A stretch of 64,000 nt of DNA from Magallana gigas (lineage: Eukaryota), in NCBI RefSeq assembly GCF_963853765.1, contig NC_088858.1:7936001-8000000 (forward strand), in the 5' to 3' direction. Position 1 is the first letter of the stretch. Every line of letters starts with the position of its first letter. The notes below the pieces were generated by a model. It saw only the letters and a list, made by a program, of their open reading frames with translations. It did not search any database and was not told the DNA's origin. Made by a program: the position numbers and the translations under genes. This document shows positions 37,501 through 49,500 of this stretch, piece by piece.

Positions 37501-40500
37501 ACATACAAACACACCAGGCATTCTTCATGGTTTAACGAAATACAGTTTTTTCTCTGAAATATATATTTTTTCCAATGAACAGAATGAATATCTAATTATC
37601 AGAACTAATTAGCGATGAGAATAACACAGATCGATTTCTAATGTGTCACAATGGTTTAGCAAGGACATAATTTGCTAAGTGATATCTTTTCCTTGACATA
37701 ATTCGGACATTGTTGCATAAACATGTTTGTTATACTTTCATGTTAAATACTGAAATCTGATTGGTTAAGACGCAGTTAATAATATTTACTATTACCCTCA
37801 GCGTTAGCAACGCACTTGGCAACGGGTAACATTAAAAAATGTTACATGCGCGAAAATTATGCGCGTACGGTTCGCTGTAGAATTCACGTTATTCCTATGT
37901 AAAAGCAGTAAAATTTTCTTAAAAATTTTAAAAAAGACATTCAGTATAACAAAATAAATAGTGCCTGTTTGGGAGGATAACAGTTGAAATTGACACCCCT
38001 CGAAAACCATTGTCAACCTCCGCTTCGCGTCGGTTGACAATGGTTTTCTCGGGGTGTCAATTTCAACTGTTACCCTCCCGAACAGGCACTATTTATATAA
38101 TAGTTGTATATGTTAAAAGAGTCAAGAAGACTACTCAATATATATAGACATGAAAGTGGGTTTGACGTGAAGTGAAAGTGAAATTGCCTCATAAACGGAG
38201 CCTTTCAGATTCTAGTTTAGATACATCCATGTATCAAGGAATAAACAAGGGAGATCCAGGCCCCGTAAAACCGTGGATCCACCACTGCTTTATACTCAAT
38301 GCATATAAATATATCGCATAATTTGCATGAAGTTTTTGAGATGAGAAATGTTGTTAGAAATTAAGATCCTCTCGCACACATATTTTTACATTAATATTTT
38401 TGCATATAATCCTTACACAACTTGCATACTGTTCTAAGATATGTACACATTATAAGCACCATGATTCTTGTATAATAAGGTAATAGGACGTTGAAGAATT
38501 AGTTTAAAATGGGATATTACCACAATTCGCTTGTTTTACAACAGTCAATATAAAGTGTAATTAAGCTATGTACCATAATACACTGGTAACTATAGTTCAT
38601 TCAAGTGTAATTATTGCCGTTGAATCCCTAACACTCATTGCTATCATCGTAACTTCTTCATGTAGTTTTTCTTTTTTTTAAATGTTGAATAAAATGCACA
38701 ACATTTAGATTTCAACCTATTTTGTTGTCTCTATTAAGTAACATTCTAGCCCCGGAACAAATTTAATTTCAAAAGTAATATATTTGTACCTGCATGTACA
38801 TGTAAGAGCAATCAGCAATTTTCATAGTAAATTGATCAGCTTTGGTAAAAACAGTTTGAAATGTAATTTTTTTTGGTATATTCAGCATTTTTTATGTGAA
38901 GACAAAAATGTGTCTTTATGACAATAATTTATTATGCTCTAGTTTAATAAAGATTAAAGCAGCTGATTAAAGGTTTTAATATATTGAATAAAAAGTCTTA
39001 TAATTCTATGTGTTTAATTAATATTATGAAAAAAGCAAATTGATTTTTGGACTTGATTGTAAATCTTTTTTTTTTCATTACTGCATTAGAATTTGAATAT
39101 CAATGATACTATATGAAATACAGGTATTAACTTAATTGCTTATGAAACCTTTAAGCTATTTATGGTGGAGTTTTGAATAGAGAAAAAGGTATTATCCACA
39201 GACATAATATAATTTGAAACATTTTCAACTCATTATTGTTGACACTCCCATGTACCCAGTACATGTTTTACTTGGAAGGGATGGGAAGAAGTTTATTGGA
39301 GGGTTAAAATTGACCCCCATTTGTTTTGTATCCATCCACAACCACTGGAATATCAATACCATAGGAATCCATTGGTACACACACAGCTCCATATGGAAAT
39401 AGCACAAATATTGGTAAACTCCATTTCTCAATGTATTTGATTTTACACCACTGTTCCAATATTTTCTTCAAATTGTGGTGCTTCAATATTATCTTGAATC
39501 TCACTGTACACTTTGTCTGTGGGACTCGATGAAAATCCATGATTTAGGAAGCCACCCCCAGAGGAATGGGACATAGGGTCTCTGTTTGGGGTCTGTGGGA
39601 GGGGTCGAGTCTCCACGGCATTGGTGTAGTGGTCTGCTGGAGCCATCATTCTGTTGACTTCATTCACATAGTTAGGTTTTGGGGCAGTAGGCATTACAGT
39701 GTATCGACCTGCATCTCGAGACCCACCCTCAGGCTTATGTTCTGGAGGAAGTTTTACGCTTAGCTGTTTGGGGTCTCTTCCTCCTCCCCCACCTGTGGCC
39801 CCTTTTGTTGGATAGGGATCATTGCTTACTGCTGTGTCATCAATGTTTTGGTAACTTCCTGCAGATAACCCTGATAATCTTGACGAATCAAGGTTCCCAT
39901 TGGATATGGTCATAACTTGCATTTCACCATTGGCTTTCCTCACAAACACTTTGGGTTGACTGGTTGGACGTGGCTGGTTTTGATATCCAATGGGTGTGAT
40001 ATGACCATTGGGTAGAGGTAGCGGTGGTTTGTCTTCCTTTTTCTTCCTACAGATGACGAAAACAAATAACAAAACAACGATGAGAGCTATAAATAAAACA
40101 CCTCCAAGAACACCCCCCACTATTTCAACTGTTTTATCATCTGAACCAGTGTTGGCTTCTGTTGTGGCAACATCTGTTAAGGAACCTTGGGTAGTGCCTG
40201 TTGGACAGGATATCAGGATTTGTTTTGATGATCCTGTCAATTCAATGAAGAAACAGATCTCATAGCGAGACCCGGGGTTAAGTCCAGTTATGGGATGATC
40301 CCTTTTGGATTTGTCCAAAGGAAAACTTTTCTCCTGAGGATTGTTTATGCCTAACTGTTTATATTGCACCAAAAAGTTCTTTAGATAAGTCATATCTCCA
40401 CTGACTGTCCAAGAAATCACTATTGTATTTTTTGTTTCACTTGAAATTCCAAACCGAATATCTGGTAATGGGACAACAGAGGTTGTTCCAATTGTTGAGG

Positions 40501-43500
40501 TGGTCATTGTAGTGGTTGTAAAGTCTGGACAAGCAGCAGAATTTGGTGGATTAGAGCAGAACTGACCAGTTTCCAAAGTAAGTAAAGACTTGCCTGCTAA
40601 ATTTGCTGGATTTTTACATGTCAAAATAACTAAACCTGGAGAAGGTATTGCTTTCAAAATCTGGTGAAGTCCATAGAGATTACAATCACACACAAAAGAG
40701 TTCTGTGGGGCAAAAAAGAATTTGAGTTTGTTAAATCCTTCAAAAACACATTTTTCAATAGTATATATTTGGTTGTTAGATATATCAATGACCTCCAGTG
40801 AATATTTTAACCCATAAAGAGATTCTTGTCTCAGAACTGTCATGTTGTTGTTTCTCATAGTAAGACTCCCAAGATTGTTGTGACTGTAGAAAAGCAAGGA
40901 TGGAATGTCAGAAAGTCCAGTTCCAGATATGTCTAGATTGACAAGATTTTTCATAGCACCAATAGCCCTCCAAGCATACTGATCAATTAAATGGTTGTCC
41001 TGTATATGTAGGGTTTTCAGGGCAAGCTCTGCTCCTTCTAAGGCATCTAGGCTAAAATTCATTGGGTTGTTAACATTTGAGTCATACTGACTTCGTAGAT
41101 CTAATGTATCCAGCCTAGTCATGGGAGACAGTGCTCCTCTTTGAATTGTGTGGATCCAATTTTCAGACAAGTCCAAAGAATGCATATTTCCAAGGCCTTG
41201 AAAATCGTTGCTTTTAATCACTTTCAATTTATTACCAGGCATCATAAGGTTAGCTAGCTTTGGCATGTTTCTGAATAAACCATTGGGAATGTCTGTAAAA
41301 TCAGCCACCATATGACCTAAATTAAGCTGTTCCAGTTCAGGCCAATTATGATTGCCTAATGGTATAATTGCTTCTTTTGTAATTCTGTTCAGTTGAAGAC
41401 TCAAAAACTCAAGCCTATCGGTGATTCCTATGAAACTCCCATTGAACATCTCCCTAATATCATTACCCCTCAAATCCAGTTCAATAAGAGAATTCAGAGA
41501 ATCAAACGAGCTGTAGGAAATAGTTGTCATTCCATTGTGTACCCAAGAAAGATGTTGTAGCTTACGAAGTCTGTTTATAGCAGGCTTTGGAAAAGTTGGC
41601 ACTTGGTTATTTGCAAATTCAAAAACGGTCAGTTCCTGTAACTGATTTTTGAAAGATTCAGATGAAACAAAGTTTGTGTTCATATTTCTTAACCTTAAAG
41701 TTCTCAGATAAGGAAAGTAATTGAATTCTGTACTTTCTTCAATAGTAGGCATGTTAAAAAATTGTAACTCAAGCACTTGAAGATTAGTGATGTTTTTCAG
41801 TTGTACAAAGGGAGGGGGAAGTACAGTATCACCCTGGAGTTTCACTATTGTCAGATGTTGCTCCAAACCAAAAAAGGCCATTGGGTGAATGCTTTGTAAT
41901 TTGATATTTTGGCCACTCATATCAATTTCTTCAACTTTTATTCCACTGAATGCATTGGCTTGAATAACTTGTATATTATTGTTTGGATTATCCATGTCCA
42001 ATTTCTGGAAAATTTCTGGAGAGGAAGTGAAGGCTGGGATCTGTGTCAGACCAACACACCTGATGTTTCTCCTGCTTTGGGCAGTTACATTCTCACAAGT
42101 ACATGCTTGCACCGTGCTGGGGCACTGTGATAAGGAGTAGCCAACATGTAGTAGAACTATAGTCACCAACACTAAGGGTTTCATCCTGTAAAGAAAAAAA
42201 AGAGTCAAACTCTGTTTCACTGTCAAAAAAGTTGAAATTGTTTAGCTTTAAACTGGTAACTCTTTAGACTCTCAATGAAATAAAGTTTAAGAGAAATTAC
42301 ATTTCCCATGTCATTCATTCAATGTATAATGCAATGGAAGTGTGGAAACATTCCATGTTCCATGATCGAAGAAATTTTTGTTTATTTCATTGGGAAAAGT
42401 CAGGATTCCCAGAAGAATTGACAACCAGGATTTGAATACAAAACCCTAGGTTTTTAAGTTCGATGCTATACACTGACACATATATAGGTCTTCTAGGAAG
42501 TGTATCCTAGAAATTTTAGAGATAGGACAAAACCCCAAATGTAATGGGAAGGAGAAAATTTGACCTAGCAGACTGAATTGAGTGCTCTATTCTGTATTGT
42601 GATCTCTATTGTGTTGGAGTAACTAGTCCTATCTAACTTGACAATGACACCTGATTGCTATAAACTAATTAATAGATGTTCAGATTTTTTAAAGGACACC
42701 TTAATTTTTGGTGTAGCAGACTTTGTTCATGGACAGTAGTAATATCTTTTTGTAATGAAATCCTTTATATGATAAGTCAGAAATTTACCACAAATTTCTC
42801 AACTTTTAGTTGACAGGAGTTATGCTAGTATTTAGAGTTGTCACCCCCTCCCCCAAACACTTAATCATCTCTGACAAGTTCCCCTACAATATCACTCATA
42901 CATGTACATAATGTACTTAATGATAACAACATATTTGAGACATTATGAAGTTGTTAGGTCCTGTATCCCCTACAGGTAAATATAAGGAATATTGCCGAAA
43001 ATTAAGTAACTATTTCATACCTGTACATGAAATGAAGGCACAGGTGCCTCCTGAATGACCTCATTTCTCCTTTAAATTCTTTGTGACTATAATCAGTTAC
43101 ATACGGGTAGTTAATGCATGTATTTCAGTTATTTAGGATAAGAGGAATTTAAAGTGATTAATGCCAGCCACATTTATTGTATCAAAAAAATTGTAATATC
43201 TATGAGTGTTCATGAATTGTTTTTGTTATTTAAGTTAATTGAATAATGAGTCTATTTACCAGTGAGTGTGAAATCTTAATTGTCTGCATGCTACATTATA
43301 ATTACTCCCACCATGTTACCCTCCCTTTAAATTTCTCAGTGGTGTCAATTATGATAAGTTGTAAACAAAGTTCTCAAATTCTGTCTTGCATTGTCATTTT
43401 AACTGCATGTTTACTATCACACAGGTTATCGGTCACCCAAGAAGGAAAAACAAACATTTTAAAATAAGTACATAGCGAATAGCAGTTATAAATAAAAGTC

Positions 43501-46500
43501 TTGGTGGCTGACTTCATTTTATAGGCAGCCATATTTAGTTTTGGTCTATGGATATCTATAAGAATGTCTCTAACTGTGATATTGAATTAAATATCTCTTG
43601 CACACATGAAATAATAAATGACATTAAAATGACAGTTAAAAGTTCATTATATGTTTATGGTTGAGTGGATGACATATGTCTCTCTGGGTCTGCTGTCTCG
43701 TAGTCAGTAGGGATTAGGTGTTGCATGGTCCATTTAATTTTCCTCCATGGTGTGATGAAGGTTAAATGTTGACAAGATCACACATGTTTACAGATTGAGT
43801 GACCATATCTTGTATCTATGTTTAGTATATACACCCCCCCTCAAGTGCCCATATCTGTTTACAAGGTTGGGCCTTGTTATTTAATTCCTACACAATGTCA
43901 AAATTTCTTAGGTGTAAATTTAAACATTTTAATATGTGTAATAGGGTTATAAAGGCAATAGCTTAGACTGAAATAACATAATTTATTTGCATTTTATTTA
44001 TTATTATATATTTACACTTTTTATTGTGAAATGCAAAAAGAAAGGATGATAATTCATTTTCTTACATTAATGGGAGACTAGGAGACAAATCTAATACATT
44101 AATATACAGAAAACCCTTCATAAGTTATGCAGACATGTAGATTTAAGCTTTCATTGATGTTGAATTAATGCGGCCAAACGCTATAGATACTGTGTTAATA
44201 CACTAGTTAGTATAATATAAATGTCTATCACAGAAATCCTGGGCAATAATGGTTATTGACCTATAATGCCCCTGACAAATTGATTATCCTAGTCCAGTTG
44301 TTGTTTACACACACAAAAACACAGTCATTGCCCGAAGCTTACCTGTCTCGTCTAGTTTTGCAATAGTGTCACTAGAATATGAAAATTCCAATTTCACTTT
44401 GATCAAATAACAGTTAACATCCAAGCTTAAGCAACTTCACTAAGTCCTTTGTTTCCTTATAAGTTTATGAATCATTTTCACATCAAAATGGGATTGTAGA
44501 TCTCTTTCCACTTATTGTTTAAGGTGTCTTTAAGAATGAAAAAAGAAAACACACCTATGCTGTGGAAAGCAAAATAAGTCTGACTCACGAGAATTTACCT
44601 GGCTACGTAATCAACATGGCGGTTTTGTAGGTCATACCTGAGTGACCAAGATCAATACACCTGAATGATATCAGGAATCTAACGAACACAGGTGAACTTA
44701 CCTGCCCCCCTCAGGTAAATAACAGTCTGCCTGGACCCTAGGGTGGACAAAATGGTCATTATTGGGTACTCCAGCAGAAGTGTCGATAATATATTATTGC
44801 TCAAAGTTTAATTCACAGAAACTTGAATTTCACTATCCCCTGATTTGCTGAATAATATTAGCTGATTTCTATCAGGATTGTTAAATTTGGACAATCGATG
44901 TACAATGTGATTATGGTTTTCTCTGTAGTAAGGATATGATTGGTTTCTATTGTTTGTAAACTTCCGTTTTTCTCACAAGTGGCCTTTTTGATTTTAAGTG
45001 TGAATCATCTTTTTGTTATGGGGAGCAGCTTGTAAGATACTGCAGGGCCAGTAATTTAGATGACAAAGATTTATGAGAGATGAACACGTTTATAATATAT
45101 GTACAAGCATATAAGAATGCTTTATCACTGCACGCCACAAGTAAACTTAAGCTCAGATCGAGTGTTCGCTTCCTGAATTGCTTTAACTTCAGTCACCAGG
45201 GCTTAAAACAAATGAAGACAATTTTGTTCAATGTATTCTGAAAATTGGACAATAGTAATAATACTTCTATCCAATCAATGGAAAATCTACAATTCTAAGT
45301 TTGTACCTAAATTGAACATATCATTTGTTCTTAGCCAGCATTTGACTTGAACATTTACTTACTATGTAGAAAATTTAGATGACCCTTGATTCAGGGTTAT
45401 ATAGTTAAATTTAATTATTAGAAATGTAAATTTATAAATATAATGTACTTCTATATACGAATGATACTTATATAAATACATTTGTAAAACTTTTGCCTCT
45501 GTATATAAATATAAAATACCGGTAAAACATATTGATATTCTATTTGAATTTTAAAAAGTGACTTAAAGCAAAAACTATTTTCAATTTTGAAGTTTTGGTG
45601 AGAAATGGATAAGATAAGCATTCGCCAATTGTTTTTTTTTTATGTTTCAGATGTTTGTTTTTAGAGCAACTTTTAATAATTATTAAAAGTTGCCTCTAAG
45701 TGATCTCGTAAAGAACGATCAAGTAGGATAAATAGGATTGTCTGGGGGAGACTGTTTACATTTGTTGAACAAAGTACATTTAATAGACATAAAATTTATT
45801 GCCATCAAAAAGGTTTCATAAAACTTGAACCAATAAAATTCATAAAACAGAAATTATTTCAAAATAAACAAGGAAAATTTAGAGCACTTACGAGTCTTAA
45901 TTTTAGGAATTTTGTTTTGACACTGTCTGAACATTATGGATATAATTGTACATATACCTTAAACTTTTAAATAAGATCCGTACAATTTTTTAATTTTTCG
46001 AGAAGAAAACTTTATATTGATTATATTGTTAACTTATTGCAGCAACATATTGGTTCAGACTTTTATTGGGGGGGGGGTGGTGTGAATTATCCTAAAAAAA
46101 ATATTTCTTTTTGAGGTTCTTTGATTAATATTACCACTAGTCATTCCTGCAAATGGAAGCTAGATTACCGATAATGGCTCACCGATCCCATAGAGAAGAG
46201 GGATAACTCTCATTGCCAATGATATTGTCAACTATTATTCCTTCAAAAGCAATTTAGGCCATTTTGTCTAATTTTCTTCTGCAAGTTATGATGAAATTGC
46301 AGGTGTGGCTTGTGCATGTATTAACTGAAAAATTTCTTTTGAAAAATTCACATTTCTAGAACAAAACTTCATGGAATTTAATTAACAGTTAGATGAAAAA
46401 CGGGGGGAAGCTAAGGGATATAAAGCTTAAATTGACTTGGCTGTCAATACCGTAAATATATCATAATCAGGCATGGGCACGATTATTCAAAAATGTAATC

Positions 46501-49500
46501 GATTAATAATCGATTACTCAGGGGAATTTTGTGTAATTGATTAATAATCGATTACATTCATTTTTGTCCAGTAATCGATTGTAATCGATTACTTTATAGC
46601 ATGTAATCGATTATAAATCGAATACTTTAGAAAAAAATACATTAAAATGTTAATGGTACCTGTTCTGAACATATTATATAAAAACTATTCAAGTTAATTT
46701 GGTTTTAGAGTTAAGGGGTATTTTCATTATGAATGATATGAAAATTTGAGACTTCATATTTCAATCTTCATAAAATAACATTTTTCATTTTTAACATGAT
46801 TCATAATGAACATGTCAGTATCTATGACACTTTTAAAGAAAGTGACTGTTTTCATGTGACAATTAAAAGCCGGTACTTCAAACAATGATAAAAACAATAG
46901 TTTATCGATCATTACTTTGTGACTTCATGGTCTAAGTGATATTTTAACATGTGAAAATCAGTTTAACATTAAGAATTGCTTATTCATACACCTTTTCTTC
47001 CTGACATCTGACATGTACACCTATATCTATAGTATTGAAAATGAAACAGGACTTTGAATTTCAAGTGACTTAAAAGTGCTTTATTTTTAGATTCTGGTAT
47101 TCCCCCGAGATGTCTCAACCAAACAGGGGCACATGTACAGTAGCATGCACTCAGGTGCACCTGCACTCAAGGCCCATGTCAAGTCAGTGCAGCAAAACAA
47201 GGTAATGTTATACAAAAAAAGGTATAAGAAGAAAGGTAGGGGTTTATAGTATTGCTCACAAAGTAAATTGCCTCGCACGACTTCTACATATTACCCCCCA
47301 GCGAGACCCATACAATCCATAGCATTCTCAACTCCCTGGGGAGCATACAAGCAGAGCTGCCAAATTAGGGCGCTTATGCTTTACATTCACAAAATCAGCT
47401 CATCTCATGTGCCAGGTACCCATTTTAACCCCTGGGTGGAGAGTGCACTAGTAGAGTAAAGTAACTTGCCCAAGGTTACAATGTTACCGCGATAGCGACA
47501 GACCGGACTCGAACCCGGAGCTTCCCTGTCCAAATCAGTCAACGCTATCAAATGCACCAACACCTCAACAGCTGATTGATGAGCAAGATTATAGTCTCGT
47601 GTAATGTAGAATTTAGTACTTACAGTATGTAACATTAAAAGTTTGACTTGGAAAGACTTTATATGTACACTATATGTCACTTATACATTTGGATCACCAT
47701 AAAATTCTTTATTTTCACATGCATGTACAATCTGCTTGTTCAAATTTAGGAAATAGATTCTTCTTCAATAAAAAAAAAAATTAGATATGGCAACTTCAAC
47801 ATGAAAGTTGGATATGAAAAGATTATTTCTCTGATTTCAACGGTATTACAACTTTTAAATCTTTACTATAGAGATCACAGAGGTCTTCAGGTGGACCCAG
47901 GACAGAGATTAGCGTCAATTTGGCCAAACTGGAGTGTGAATTGGATGTGACAATTATAGACAGGATAGGAAGCCTGATAAAGCCCTCTCCTCACCGCCCA
48001 TACAATGGCAGCACTGCAGCCTCACAGGGGGTAGGTATAAATTATTCAACAGCACTACTCCACAGGGAGTAAGTATGAGTCATTCAACACCACAACCCCA
48101 CAGGGAGTAAGTATAAGTCATTCAACACCGCAACCCCACAGGGAGTAAGTATGAGCCATTCAACACCATAACCTCAAGGAAGGGGGGGGGGGGGAATAAG
48201 TATAAGTCATTTAACAGCACCACCTCAGAGAGGTAGATATAAGTCATTCAACGCCCCAACCTTAATGAAGGGGATGGGTAAGTATGAGTCATTCAACAGC
48301 ACAACCTCAGGTGGGTTAAGCATGAGGTATTATTTAACAGCAAACCTCAATGGGGAAGGGGGTTGTATAAGTCATTCAACAGAACAACCTCACTGGGGGT
48401 TAGAATGAGTCATACAACAGCACAACCTCATGGGGCTGAGAATTCTGCGCAGAACAGTATTAGTTCATTGGGAACCAGAGCTGGTCCATGCATTAAACTT
48501 TTTTCACTAAATATAATTTTGGGTCTTCAAAGAACAAAATTTTTACCCAATGAGATAGCCTGTTGATATGTTGGTACTCTGTTACAGGGTCCATTGTACA
48601 GTTTCTCCCAGACGATGGAGGATGAGTCTGCTTCAGACGAGACAAAGATCGATCTCAGTGTCAACTGTCCTGAGGTCAAACTCACAGTCAGGTCAGCAAC
48701 TCAGTCTCTCATAATGATTCAAGTTAATCCCTTATCCCCTTTCTAAATATCAGTGAAATGAATGTAGTGTTTCAAATTCCCATGTTAAGTGCAGTTGACA
48801 TTACAAATACAGGTATATGTACTGCATGAAATGGTACACTGCCATTCTGTGCACTGTATTATAGCAAGGTACTAAACATGTTTGGTATTGGATGTACATG
48901 TTTCATGCAAGTAACATATACATGTATCAATCACTAAATTCACATCAAAATTCTTGCAAAACAGTAGAGGTAAACTTTTTAACACCTCGATATTGGCATA
49001 CCTTGCCTTTGTAATGACAGATTTCCAATCCCTGATCTGAGGAATGGGTCAGAGGTCACTAAGCTGCCCTGGTGGCAGAAGAACCTGAGGGACGAGCTGC
49101 TGATCCTGGATTTACAGGAGGCCCGGTTCCAGACTTCCTTCCTGTCTAACCAGCCAATCCAGCAAGTCGAGGTCTCCAGCAGAAATGTGCTAGGTAAGCC
49201 AGGAAAGGAAAGAAATACTAAGTTTCTTAGCATAGTGACAATGAGGGAAAATAGCTCTAAGGTGGAAATAAAATAAAGACAATTTAAAAATATTTTCTTT
49301 CACAGTAGATTAAAGATACCTCATGATTATGATGTTCATGAAAAACTTTTGCTTGATTTTGATAGGGTCTTTCCGTATTGATCCAAACCAGAGTGCAGTC
49401 CCTTTTGCATTTGTTAGCTGTGAAGGAATTGATGGACAAGAGGGCTTCAACTTCCCACAGTAAGTAGTACCGATAGTTAAAAATGAGAGAAAGGGGAGAG

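Noticed and set aside
42185-42226. First 14 codons of the 927-aa ORF-track call (MTVKQSLTLFFLYR)
   Set aside because: They read through a polypyrimidine tract and AG acceptor. The signal peptide begins at the ATG at 42184.
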